Shown here: in pieces, positions 11,803-24,819 of the stretch
Position numbering within the stretch: position 1 is the stretch's first letter
How the letters are laid out: every line of letters begins with the position of its first letter
NCBI GenBank assembly: GCA_039545335.1
Contig: BCIN01000002.1
Span: 558,001-622,000 of the forward strand
Length of the DNA stretch: 64,000 bases
DNA from: Kondoa subrosea
Lineage: Eukaryota
Reading direction: 5' to 3'
Notes under the pieces: model-generated
Told to the model about the DNA's origin: nothing
Seen by the model: the letters and a program-made list of their open reading frames with translations, nothing else
Database searches by the model: none
Position numbers and translations under genes: made by a program

Positions 11803-12777
11803 TCAAGCATAGCAGCCAGCGATACCTCGAGCAGCCTTGGTGGTACTACCGTCTGCAGCATAAGCTAAGTGAGGGATGATAGAGATAGGAACATCTGTGA
11901 TCAATTGTGGTCAGCCAATGATACTGACAACAAAATCACCTGAATCTCACTGCTGCAGAAGACTGCACATCATCGAAAATTAGCATGAGTTCAAGCTACA
12001 TCAGTACGCTAGCTTACTGTCGCCAACATTGCAGTAGCTGAAGACACAGCGAGTGTTGTCGATTGAGAATGAGCGAGACAGACCACTGCGTAGATCTGGA
12101 TCCTGTCATCAAACCATATCAGAAAAGATTTGTAATACTTGAATGAATATTGACACCGAAGACTGCAATTCCAACTACGCGGCTTTCGACATTTCGAGGT
12201 AGATTAATGCCATGAACAACGAGAGCGCCTAAGATCCATAAACTGAGCATTAGTCACAAATGTAAGAATATGTAGGTACCTTTTGAGTAACCAGACAAGA
12301 CAAATTTAGTGTTTGGGCAAGCAGCAGCGCGAGCGGTCTGTAGCATATCAGCCAGACCTCGACTGGATAAGTCAGGCAAACGCACAATTGTAGCAGCGCC
12401 AGCAGTAGCGGCTGTTCGGACTGAGAGAATGTATTCTGCATCGGTGTTGTAGGTGACAGCGTTGAAACGAGAACCGCTGCCAGAGTGATCAGCTTGGAAG
12501 ATACCTAAATTGGACGCAAGACATACGGAATGGCGCTAGCTAATGCACTGCTCAGAGGACGACCAACAAGACCAGAACCGGTCTCGCCAGTACCAGCCCA
12601 GAAGTAAGTCTCAAGAGCTGAGCAGCCGCTTTGACGTTCGGAAATTTCGCGTGCTTCTACCTTGACTGAAGGAGCAGCTTGGGCCAGCAAAGGAGCGAGA
12701 ACAGTGAAAAGCTGGAAGCGGGCAGTCAGCAGGGCAGGATATCGAAGAAGAGGGAAAATCACTGCGAGGAGTTTCAT
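11803..12777 (-). CDS. Cutinase-like CE5 esterase, copy C
   Basis: Signal peptide; GCSALETYFWAGTGETGSGLVG, CPNTKFVLSGYSK|GALVV, IAVFG|DP, CNVGD, PHLAYA..GCYA*. Confidence 0.88.
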
Positions 12778-13503
12778 CTTGCGAAACGAAAGCGAGTGAA
12801 ATGCGAAAGTGTTCAGCAACAGGAGGAAAAGAAAGACAGCTCAATCAGAGAGGCAATCGATGCCACTAGACAAGAATAGATTACGGCGTTGCAATGAACG
12901 CCTGCAAGTTAGCCGACGCATATCTCCATGACTACAAGAGACGCCCAGATCTGAAAGAGGAGTCTGTGCATGCAAAGGATGAATGTGGAAGAGCTTGTAC
13001 AGCAAAGAGAGTCAATTCGTCATCGATGCATCATCTCGAAGGCAAGAGAGCATGTTGGCGTCAAACGATTTCATCCGGTAAAAGGCTTTTCTCTGCGTGC
13101 GTAAAGAAAGTACACAGTAACACGTCCACGAACAGAAGGAGTGCGGTCGGCCAGTGCTGCGTACTTGCAACTTCCTTCTTCGCTTGGCGTGGCAGACTCG
13201 GAGCAAGCTCGAAACAAGCCTCGAAAGTTTTCAGAACTTGAGAATGCCAGTGTCATTTTCAGGTCTGGCCTCATGTGCAGCGGCTGTTCTATGCCTTTCT
13301 CCTTCCGCAGTCTCGTCGACGTCTCATTATCTCATTTTCTCATCATTAATGCCTGTTCTTTTGTAAAGTGAGACTGCTTTTGGTTCGTTACTGTTGTTGC
13401 TCGAAGGCGTCACACGTATATGACGACTCCGCATGTTGAATACTGGCATGCGCTTACAAATTGCTGCGTACTCACAAAAATTCAGCGTCTCCTTCTACGT
13501 AAA

Positions 13504-14222
13504 ATGTCCTCCTCGACTAATTATGCGCTGTATAACTCTCTTCCTGCATCGCCGTTATGTCTTCATGGAATTCTCTGTCAACAATTCACAGATACAATTC
13601 CACCAGGTCGAAGGTCGACCCTGAAGAGATTTTGGCTTGCCTGCCCAACGCGGTTGTTGCCGGACCCTACCATAGAGGGCTGACGGAGAAAGAATGGGCT
13701 TCTAAGCAAGGACGTGAGATAGGAGACAGAAAGCAGCTTGATCCTGAAGGTAAATTATTCTTCTGTTCCCCACAAGGCGTGACGACTAATTCGTCTTTGA
13801 AAAGCTTTCACCAGTTACACTCTACTCCGAATGGTTCGGTCCGATCTATTTGATGAGATGTACGCTATGGTCTTTGTCGATTATGGATTTGCAAAGTTTG
13901 GCCTCTTTTCAGAGATCCGATATGTAGTGCTTATGTTTTCCATCAGCTGCAAGAACCCGACTGAACAATCTCGTCCATCAGCTGCAAGAACCCGACTGAA
14001 CAATCTCGTTTATTTGGGCTGTACCAGGCTATGGCATGGGGTCGAGACGAGAAAGACGAAACGGTTTGGTGTTGCGAACCTGCGGAATTGCATGCCGCCT
14101 GCATCTCCGGAAGATTGGCAGAATACATTATCGACGCCTACGAAAGTCGAGATAAGCTCGACTGTTCAAGCAATTACTATCGATGGTTCCTCAAGAACAA
14201 ACATCTTGTGCAAAATCCCTAG
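13504..14222 (+). CDS. Conserved fungal hypothetical protein (DYGF..C...EQSRLFGLYQ...ELH...YYRWFL type, recalled as often MYND-finger-associated); possibly decaying
   Basis: Manual splicing (introns 13530-13591, 13750-13804, 13896-13981) gives DYGFANCKNPTEQSRLFGLYQAM...ELHAACISGRLAEYII...YYRWFLKNKHLV. The family resemblance is from memory and was not searched. Confidence 0.55.
13939..14008 (+). repeat. Perfect 2 x 35-bp tandem duplication
   Basis: TCCATCAGCTGCAAGAACCCGACTGAACAATCTCG at 13939-13973 and 13974-14008. Confidence 0.95.
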
Positions 14223-14796
14223 TTTCGCGATCGAATTTCACAAATCGTGGTAGAAGTCAACCCCGAAGACAAGCTTCATCCATACAATATTCAAGATGCT
14301 TTTGAAGGAAGATGGAATGTCCCTCACATTAATGACAAGAAGGACTGGTCACCTGTTCCACTCAATGATCTCATGGCTCTCCAATTCGGTCAGAATTTGC
14401 CTCGATTATGTGGTCGAGTCGAACCAATGGTGCCAGCAGCTTACTCTTAGCTTGCATATGTGAGTCTAGCTAGCACTGATCGGGTCTATACTGAAGTCAT
14501 ACAACAGAGTCACAATAGGTCAAAGGGGAACTTGATGGGTATTACGTGCGTGTACGAATAAAATGCTGCATTCTGTTTCGACAAGTCAATCTTTACAAGG
14601 GGCAGTTTATCCGAATCCCTCAGCTTGTCGTGTAGGCGGAGGGTTAAGAGATCGGGGGAAATCGCCCTAAGTGGCTGACAAACAATGGTCATTATTTTTA
14701 GCACAGAAGTTTGGCTCCACAATTCGAATTCTGGGCTCCTCCCTTCTTCTTTCTTTCCCAAACAGTCACCTCAAAGCAGACCAAATCTTGACAGCA

Positions 14797-16229
14797 ATGG
14801 CAGCTATCTCTCCTCCAGTTGAAAGAGTCCCAGACCACCACGTCGACCATGTACCTGCTTCAACAAATGGTTACGGAAATGGAGTTCACGATGTAGAAAA
14901 GAGGTCGGTCTTGCTTCGCTTGTTTTTGGTCTGCGCACCAGCTTATACCTGAGCAGAGGATCTGGAGGTCGTCCTTTGAACCATGCCGTCACTCCAGGTG
15001 AGCTCTGGCATGCAAATTGCCTTTCGCATGTTTTGATTCCAAAATTTCCTGTTTCAGGTGGACATTCAGTTGGTGAGCGATTCGGAGTTCGTTCTACAAG
15101 AGCTGCTGGCTGACATGATACCAAAGACAACTCTCAACCTGCTTTCCCTGTCTACCATCGTCGCTTTGTGAGTTCTGCTTGGCGTGTCTTCGCATGTCTT
15201 CCAACTGATCCGATGCAATATAGGCCAAGTAAGATTACCTTGGATCGAGTATCGCTGCAGTTGTTCATGTGTCTGGCAGCCCGGCACCATTGGGTCTCTT
15301 CGCTTTCGCTACAACTACTTTCGTCCTGTCCATGGCCAATGTGAACACTCGGGGCCTCAACCCTGTCCCAAACATTGTAGTCGGCATGGCCTTCGCCTAC
15401 GGAGGTCTTGCTCAATTGCTTGCCGGCATGTGGGAGGTAAGCAAATACTTTACTCTCCATAGGATCGCGTTGACTCGCTCTCAAAGTTCGCTTGCGGAAA
15501 CACCTTCGGTGCTACAGCTTTCAGTACTTACGGAGGTGGGTGAACCGTTCATTGGTGTTGCTCAGTGCCGATGAGTTTTTGATCTAGCTTTCTGGATCTC
15601 TTTCGGATGCATTTACGTTCCATGGTTCAACATTCTCAACGCATACGAAACATCGACTGTCGACGGAGCTCTTGGTAATGCTGTCGCGTATGTGTTCTGT
15701 TCAGTCTGGTACAACATTCTCTGATGACATTGCTTAGACTTTACCTGACGTCTTGGTTCATCGTCACCTTCATCCTGTTCATTGCCAGTTTGCGATCTTC
15801 GGTTGGATTGATCGCTGTCTTCTTCTTCTTGACCCTTACATGTCAGCGAACGCCTGACTCAAGCAGTGACTGAATACTGATCCTCTATGCACAGTCCTCT
15901 TGCTGGCCGTCGGTGACTGGGTAAAAAGCTCTTCATGCCACACTGCCGGAGGTGCTCTCGGTATCACAACTGCCTTGTGAGTCACCACCTTTCCTGCTTT
16001 GGATGATCACATCTCATTTTCACGTTTCTAGCCTTGCTTATTATGTCGGTGTATGTTACACATTTTTCTGCTTATCTTGTTCTGTGCTTATCTTGGTACA
16101 GCTCGCCGGTCTCTTGACGCCCGACACCGGCTACTTCGTTCTTCCTGTTGGGTAAGTGATTTCGATATTTTTTGTCTTGATGTGTTTCTCATCTTTCCTT
16201 CGTTTAGACAAATCCCAACTCGCAACTAG
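14797..16229 (+). CDS. GPR1/FUN34/YaaH (Ady2/Ato) acetate transporter family protein
   Basis: QPAFPVYHRRF-AN-PAPLGLFAFATTTFVLS, YGGLAQLLAGMWE, GNTFGATAFSTYG; at least ten short introns. Confidence 0.92.
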
Positions 16230-17093
16230 AGAAGACCACAACAGAAATGTCTGTTCGTGTAGAAGTTAGTGGTTCGGAAATGTATTTGTAATCGCTGCTG
16301 CCTCTTTCAATTAATGCCGCATGATTCTTTGGTCTCTGTGTAGCATAGAGTTTCGTCACTATCGTTTTGCCATCTATGCAATTGCAATCTTGTTGTAATA
16401 CTTTAGCGCTCTTGAGACATTTACGTTTGCCAGATTTCTTTGAAGCGCTAGCACCCAAAGGCAGGTCGCAGAAAGATAGTCGAATGACTAAGCAGCGGAG
16501 TAAGGTGAGGTTGCTTGTCTCTCGCCTTCCATAAAGCACATCAAGCTAGAATTGCACCGACAAGATATCACCCGGATCACAATCAGCAAGTGCAAACGCG
16601 AAAAGGCCCACGACAAGCTCAACATTTTCAGCGAGCTATTTAGACACTGCGGCTTGCTTCAATGCCAGTGATGAATCCAGAGCCCATCATCTAGCTCTCG
16701 AAGCCCGATAATGTTGTCACAATGGGGAAAGAGGGATTGCGTGAACATAGATCAAAGCAGAAGCAAATCAAAAGGTAAAATGCATAGAGATAGTCCGCGA
16801 GCAATATAATAAGGACATAGTAAAGCAACGACGCCTAAAGCAAGCGGACTAGGATTTTGAGCTCATGCTGCCAGTGGTATCAAAGAACACTAGAAAGATG
16901 TATTGCATTGGATAGAATGCAACGCAATGATAGCTTAAGCGAGAAAGGACGCAGTAGATCTTCGAATCGACGTTCCAGATCAAAGCAATAGAGTTTTTTC
17001 GAAACCAGGTTGCTCTTGACCATTGAATACGAATCGGGCTGTAGATCTTTACGACTTCACGACTTTCTTGGACGACCCTATTTTGGAGAAGCG

Positions 17094-20000
17094 ATGAGCG
17101 GGCCAACGAGGAATAAACGGTCTCGACAGACAGATTCGAATAATCCGTACAAGCGACCTCTGGCTAAAGAAGAGCCTACGCTCCCTGTCGAGCCAGAGTC
17201 TGGCCTGCTTGGATCGCTATGGAAGAGAGGGCTCTCGCTCCTGACCAAAGCCAGCGCTCCAGAATTGCCTACAACTGTTTCTCGCTCGCAAGATGTGCAT
17301 CCTCAGCCTTCTACTGCCCCTCATACTGAACGACCTGCCACAAATGGCTTCAATGCTAGTCCTCCACGCGCAAAGAATCAGCGACCTGTTGTACGTGGAT
17401 CGACACCTCATTCGACTCTTTTCGTTGCGCCAGCATCAGGAAGTTTATCTCGCTCGCAAAGCATGCTGGACTATTCTTCTAGCAATAGACGTCGTGGTCA
17501 ATCGTCTTTCTCACTGAATGCGAATGAAGTGATTTCGGCAGATCAAGGCTCGCGTGTCTTTGCTCATCCAGTCGCATCTGGTTCCGCCGCCTCAGGTAAC
17601 GAACGCATACGATCAAGATCACCTCTTGCATCTCCTTTCATGTCAACTTCACTAGCAGCAATGCAACTTCGTTCCGCTTCGCCTGAATCTGTTTATAACA
17701 GATCGTCCAGAACCACTCTGCTTCCAGGTCGATCAATCGAATCTCGCTCTCAACACAACGATATGTCTTCTTCTTATCTTCCATCGCCTGCAATGGCATC
17801 ACCATTCCGAAGTCATAGTTTGCGTTCACCTTCGCCCGGTTTGGCTTCACCCAGACGACCAATGACTTGGGATCCTCATGCTGGTTTCGTACCCGCAAAT
17901 GAAGAGGCACATCAACAACCTCAAGAACAAGCTCTGCCAGAAAATGAAGCTGAAAGGATCTTACAAGCTTTGGAAGGGATGAAAACACCATTTTCGGGTG
18001 CTGCTCCAGTCAGACAGGTACGAGCAGCCAAAGGGTATGATCAACGCGATCTTGATTTGTTCTCTTCTGCCGTACAGTTACCTCGATCAGCTACTTTGCC
18101 TGCCCTGGATTATCAAAGTACGAGTTATCGACACTCTTCTAATCCACCAATGTCGCCGGCTGGACGTCGTCTTCAAATTGAGGAATACGAAAGAGCAGAA
18201 GCGAGGAGGGATCGAAGTCCTGGTATTAAGCTGCGAGAGAAATTGTTAGCTTCCGAAGCTCGGGCGAGATCTGGATCACCTGCTTCTGTAAAGAATACTA
18301 GACCTAGAGAAGTTGTTGGTTCGGAAGATGAAAAGATTGAACCCAAGAGGAAACAAAGGAGAGTCAAGAGTTTAAGTCCTCCACCAGAGGCTGCTGCTGC
18401 TGCTGCTAGCAGTAAATCGAGTAGAAGATCACCTAGAAAACATAAGTCTACTCCAGCTGAAGAAGGAGAAGAAATCGCAGAGGAAAGCGTGAGGTCTAAG
18501 AGTAGCAAGAGCAAGAGTAAGAAGGATAAAGAGAAATCAAAGAAATCACCTTCAAAATCAGATGGGAAAAGAAAGGCGATATTTGACCAAGAGATGGAAA
18601 CTAATAGTCCAGAGAAGGAGAAGAAGGAGCAAGTGAGAAGTCCTTCACCTAATAGAGGGATGTTTTCGGCTCGCGACGAAGATATGGAATCGGAAGAAGA
18701 GGAATCTACGACTGGCAAAATCGTCTTACCCAAAGCAGTACAATCAAATGGTATACCATCGCCGAAACCAACTGTCGCACGAGTCGATATGGCTATTCAA
18801 GTCGATCCTATCGAACTTGCACCAGAACCTGCTCCGAAAGTTCAGACAGTTGTCTCTGAACCTCCACGAATAGAAGAGATCAAAAGCCAGCCAGAAGCGG
18901 CTCCACCTAAGCCTGCTTTCTCTTTCAATCCGCCCAAAGTGGCAGAATCAGCAGAGCAAGTCTCAACGAAGCCTGCATTCACCTTCGGTAATACCTCGGC
19001 CACAATATCTCCTCCGAAATCTGCTTTCTCTTTCGCTCTAAGTCAATCTTCTGCCACCAATATTGTTAATGGATTCTCTTCACCAGTACCTTCGCCGCCC
19101 TCAACATCCACCCCAGTTGTTGGCGCAGGTCAACCCATCGCTGAGGCCTCAAAACCTGCTTTTAGCTTTACTGCCCCAACTCCAGCTTCAAGCGCACCCA
19201 CGAGTGAAACTGCTGTACCTAAATCTACCTTTTCGTTCAACGCGCCTCCGAAAGTACCGGAACCCTCGAAGGAGGAACCTGTTAAATCCACTCCCGCTTT
19301 CTCCGGCTTCTCCTTTGCCCCTAAAGCACCTGCTTCCGATCTAGAACCAAAATCAGCAAGTACATCTGAAAGCACGCCTTTACCCTCTTTTCCAGCCTTC
19401 AAACCCATCGCTTCTCAACCTGCTCCTACGTTTTCTTTCTCCGCTCCCACTCCTGCTGCTTCGAGTATTCAAGCAGCTCCTAGCGATAGTTCACCTATCA
19501 AATCTCCCTTCAGCTTCGCTATGAGTACTCCTGCCAGCAAGTCTGCCCAGGAACCTACAGCAATGGATGACTCTCCACCTGCATCTGTAATACCAGCGTT
19601 CGGATCTGCTGGACCATTTTCGCCTGTCATAAGTCCTGCAAAGCCAGCAGAAGAAATATCGAAACCTGCTTTCACCTTTGGCGCTACGACTTCTCAAGCT
19701 ACAAATACCGCCCCAAAGTCTGCTTTTTCTTTTGGCGCATCGACGCCTGCATTCGGTACGCAATCAAGTCAACCTGCACCAGCGTTTGGCAATCAATCAT
19801 CTGAGCCTGCACCAGCATTTGGAAGCCAGCCTGCCACTTCTGCTCCAACGCCCGCGTTCACGTTCGGAGCTTCAGCAACTGGTTTTGGCTCTGCCCAAGC
19901 TTCTTCCACAACTCCTGCATTTTCGTTTGGTCAGAACACCAACACCCAAAGTTCTGCACCAGCATTCTCGTTTGGTACTCCAGCTGCATCAGGTAGCAAT

Positions 20001-20601
20001 ACTCCTACAGCTGCTCCTCAGACTGGATTCACTTTTGGTAGTACTCCAGCTGCGCCCCAAGCCAATTCTACACCGTTTACATTCGGTAGCAATGCTTCAT
20101 CTAATACAGCTAGCGGATTCCGTGAGTTTGCAAAGTCAGAAGATTTGAATACTAGGCTAATGGCCTTCTGTTAGCTGCACCTGCTGCTACTGGATTTGGA
20201 CAATCTGCAACGGGATTTGGTACAGCAACAGCTACATCGACTCCAAGCTTCACATTCGGCGCAAGTGCCCAACCTGCAGCAACAGGCTTTGGTCAATCAG
20301 CGAGCGCAAGTCCTTTCCAATTTGGTGCCCCTCAACAAGCTGCGACTCCTTTCCAATTCGGCGCGACAGCTCAAACAACCCAATCTCAACCTGGATCTGC
20401 GCCTGGTACACCAACCGGAACTCCAGTTGGAGGATTCTCTTTCAATATGGGTTCAACTGGATCAGAACCGCCTAAATCACCTGCAGGAAATAGGAGAGTG
20501 AGTTTTTGAAGGCGAGAGTCAAAAATGATTTTGTCTCTAATTGATTCGGCATGTTATTTTCATTTTCTCAGATCCGCAGGCTGCCAACGCGACGTGGATA
20601 G
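17094..20601 (+). CDS. Nup1/Nup153-like nuclear basket FG nucleoporin
   Basis: Many PAFSF/FTFG repeats, a basic NLS-like region, NEAERILQALEGMKTP, and a C-terminal basic tail NRRIRRLPTRRG* after two terminal introns. Confidence 0.8.
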
Positions 20602-21060
20602 ACAAATTTGTACAGGACAACAATAGTGATTATAATAGCATCTTATGAATTAATTCCGATCACTTTGAACGATCGGGACTCGATGCCTTTTCGGCTTCGC
20701 AAACACACTGTTGACTTGACACGACAATAAACTTATTTGGCGGCGCAGAAGTTTTTCAAGGCCCGCTTTCTTTGCGCGCGTGGCACTGCTCTTACGCTTT
20801 GGCATCACGAGACCTGGGGTTTTTGGAAACAGCCTCAATTGACTGAACATTCCAAAGATAAACGGTCTTTTCTACTAATCTCAAGATCTCTTGGGTTATT
20901 GGTGGGAAAGCTTGCTTGGCTCTATTACTTGCGTGCTACTTCCTCGCTCACGCAATTGCGGACTTCAAAATATACACAAAAGCAATCAACACTCCTCAAA
21001 TAAAGATCAGCTCATTCTTGCTTGGCCAGGCTCTCTGTCGGTGCTGGCTTCTCTCAGACA

Positions 21061-24000
21061 ATGGCACATCAGGATGATGGCCGTCCGAAAACCAGCAGGC
21101 CCCCTGCTACAGCTCAAAGCATAAGACCAACAACAGCCGCAATCAATGTTGAACGCGATATTACTGAGCCTTATGAATTGCCCAAAATTATAGCTGAGCA
21201 ACCGGCAGAAGACGATGACGAAGGCATGTTCAGCTTCTTACCGCCTGCCACCAATGCTCCTGTTTCCCCTGGCATCAGTCAACCAGTGACGATGCAAAGT
21301 CTACCTGTATTACATTCTGCACCGTCAAGTGGTGTACAGCAAATGTCTCCTGCTGCAAGTTATGCTGCAGCTTTCGCTAAAATGCAACACGACAAGAGAA
21401 GTGGAAGAAACAGTGGAAGGACTAGCGCTCAACAACAAAGTCGAAGTTCTTATATCAACCCTTCTACCCCTACTTTCTCTCAATTCTCCATGGAAGATGC
21501 ACCTTATGAAGATTTACCACCTTCAGCTGTTTCCACCGGTTACAAAGTTGGTACTTCAAGATCGCCTGTGATTGCTCTAGATGCTCGATTTCGTCGAGCT
21601 CGATCGCGTCCTACCGCCGGGTCTGATCCAGAGGAACATTTCACTGGCAAAGCAGAAGGAGGACACTTTGGTTATAGTAGAGATGAGATTTCGGTTGAGG
21701 ACCAGGATAGTGCAGGTTACAAATCAGCAAATCTGGATTCCGATTCGACTGAATACAAGCATGGAATGGAAGGCATGGAAGGTTTCGATGGACAAGATCC
21801 ACTTGATATTCTTGACGAGTATGGAGAGGAGGAAGAAGATTCGCCATTCCCTGAAGTTCGAGCAAGTGTTTCCAACATCGATGATCCAGAAATGCCTTGC
21901 CTCACATTTCGCTCTTGGGTCCTGGGGGTTCTCTTCACTTGTCTGTGTTCAGCACTCAACGTCTTTTTCAACCTTCGATTTCCTTCGCCTTACATCACTT
22001 CCATTTTGGTTCAGATTCTCACCTACCCTGTTGGCAAGCTTATGGCAGCCTTTTTCCCTACAACAAACATACCAAATCCAGCTTTCTTACAACGTCTTGG
22101 AGCTCCAAGCGAATGGTCTCTGAATCCTGGTCCATTCAATATCAAAGAACATACAGTCATGGTCATTATGGCTAACGCGTCCATCAGTCCAGCCTACGCA
22201 CTGAACTTAACTTTGGTTTTGGATAAATACTACAACATGCCCAAAGGCGTCGGTTTTGATTTTTTACTAGTCATCACTACTCAAATGCTTGGATTCGCTT
22301 TGGCTGGAACATGTCGTCGATTCTTGGTTTGGCCGGCTGGAATGATCTGGCCAGAAAATTTGGTCACTTGTACTCTACTCAACACTTTTCATGCCGAAGA
22401 TGATGATGGAAGAGATGGCAGCATGACTCGGTATAGGTTCTTTTACCTTTGTCTGCTCACTGCTGGATTCTACTATGTCCTTCCTGGTAAGATTTCCTGT
22501 CTTTCAAATCTCCTAATTACTGAACTCGCGATATTCAGGCTTCCTTTTTACTGCTTTGTCGTCATTCTCTTGGGTGTGCTGGATCGCACCAAGTAAGTCG
22601 CGATATGGCAGATTTGGCATGTCTGTCTAATGTTAGTGCAGATAATGTCGTCATCAATCAGCTCTTTGGAGTATCGTCAGGTTTAGGCATGGGTCTCCTC
22701 ACTTTCGATTGGGCTCAAATTTCATACATTGGTACACCTCTTGTCACGCCTTGGTGGGCTATCGTCAATACCTTCATTGGTTTCCTATTCTTCTATTGGT
22801 TCTTGACACCTTTGCTGTATTACACAAATGTATGTGATGCTGCCTATGATTAGCAGGATCAGGCTGACATTCCACATTGTAGTTCTGGCACTTCGCCTAC
22901 ATGCCAATCAATACTAGTCAAGTCTTTGATCGTTTTGGTGCGCCATATGATGTAACGAAAGTCCTCGCACCAGATCTCAGCTTCAATACAACCGCCTACC
23001 TGGAATATTCACCTCTTTATTTACCGGCAACTTACGTCGCCGTGTACTGTCTTGCTTTCGCCCTATCTTCTTCAGCTATTGTCCACACTGCTTTGTACTT
23101 TGGTCCTAGTATTTGGAGGAAATTGAAAAACATTCGAACGGAAGCTGAAGATGTACACGCCAAACTGATGCGCAATTATCCAGAAGTACCAGATTGGTGG
23201 TATTGGGCTTATGGTATCATCTTCATCGCTCTAGCTATCATTACTATCGAGGTAAGTCATCGCTGTATGTGAGGTTGTTCATTTCCACTAATAATGAGTT
23301 GGCAGGTATATAAGACTGCTCTGCCTGTTTGGTGCTTGTTCCTGGCCTTGTTCTTGTCTTTCGTCTATGTTCTTCCTGGTGGTTTTATTTATGCCATGAC
23401 TGCTCAGCTTGTAAGACCATTTTCTTTTCAGACTTGATGTTTCTCTGACATGTGTCAAAGATTTCCGTCAATCTGCTGGCGGAATTGATTCCTGGCTTCT
23501 TACTCAATGGTCAACCTATTGCTGTTATGGTATGTCATCAGAGAGTCACAACGCGTATACATCGGACTAAGACTCGCTCGATCTAGACTGCGAAAACTTT
23601 TAGTGTGCAAACCCTGATCGCCGCTCAATTCTTTACCAAGGATCTCAAATTGGGTCATTATATGAAGATACCGCCTCGTGCAACTTTCGCAGGTAAGCTT
23701 TCGCTACCTCTGGTGATCTGAACAGGACTCAGATATGGTTTAGCACAAATCATCGCTGCTTTCATCAACTGCCTCGTGCAAGTCGGCACTAAGCAATGGC
23801 TACTCACAAGTGTTCCAGACCTCTGCGATCCACATCAACCAGATCGATTAGTATGTCCGCAAAATGATGTTTTCTTCAACACATCTGTTATCTGGTATGT
23901 TTACAATCTTGCATCTTGAAGTTGTTGCTCACGCATAGGTAGGGGTATCATCGGACCCGATCGTCTCTTTGGCCCTAAAGCTTTATACAACCCTATGCTT

Positions 24001-24624
24001 TGGTTCTTGCTGATCGGTGCAATCTTGCCGATACCTTTCTTCTTCCTCGCAAGAAGATGGCCAAAATCGTGGCTACGCTACGTCAATATCCCAGTACTTC
24101 TGACTGGTGCTTCTTACATTCCTCCCGGAACTGGGTGAGTGCTTGTTATCTGCTCTTCGATTTATACTCACGCCTGTTCTAGAATCAACTATGTTTCGTG
24201 GTTCCTCGTTGGTTTCGTCTTCCGTTAGCGTTTCGCTTATATCTTTGACGTCGCTGAGTGTTCGGCGCAGAATACTGGCTTCGAAGGCATCGTTTCAGAT
24301 GGTGGTCAAAGGTAGATTCTTACTTTGAGTCTTCGCCAAAACTCGCGCTCATGGCAGATAACAGTTCAACTTCGTCGCTTCAGCTGCACTGGATGGCGGA
24401 ACGATCATCTCTGGTATTTTGATCTTTTTAATACTGCAACTTCCCGATCATGGCAACATCAATCTGTAAATCTCTCTCATTCCATTCAATCAGAGGATAA
24501 GCTGACGTCTGACTGTAGCAATTGGTGGGGCAATGAAGTATACACAAATACTGTGGATTGGAACGGGGCAAGCTTCAAAACTGCGCCAGAAACTGGGTTT
24601 GGTCCTTCAGTCTGGGCCGAATGA
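21061..24624 (+). CDS. OPT-family oligopeptide transporter
   Basis: EEDSPFPEVRASVSNIDDP, NPGPFNIKEH, DLKLGHYMKIPPR, C-terminal NWWGN. Confidence 0.95.
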
Positions 24625-24819
24625 GGAAGTAGAAAAGAAGAAGAGGGTTACAGAAGAGAAGAGCTTGATGCTCCAGACTTAGGTTATTGCGGGGATTCAT
24701 CTTGTATTTGCATTGGTCACTTGTTTCTGTATAGATATGCCTTAACACATGCACACCCCGAGTCAAAGCCATTCCTACTTCGTATCAGAACTTGCATACT
24801 GATTCTCGATACTCGATCC

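Noticed and set aside
12850..13420. Cluster of short overlapping ORFs between cutinase C and the next gene
   Set aside because: No motifs or consistent splice pattern; likely a divergent promoter region.
14220..14222. Alternative genetic code (TAG reassignment)
   Set aside because: Conserved genes here (RPS26, glyoxal oxidase, GNAT) end in TAG, and I saw no internal TAG in the conserved exons I translated.
17217..20501. Many 60-190 aa antisense and alternative-frame ORFs over the nucleoporin
   Set aside because: Shadow ORFs caused by low-complexity S/P/A codons. The 20196-20501 ORF is the wrong frame of a real FG exon.
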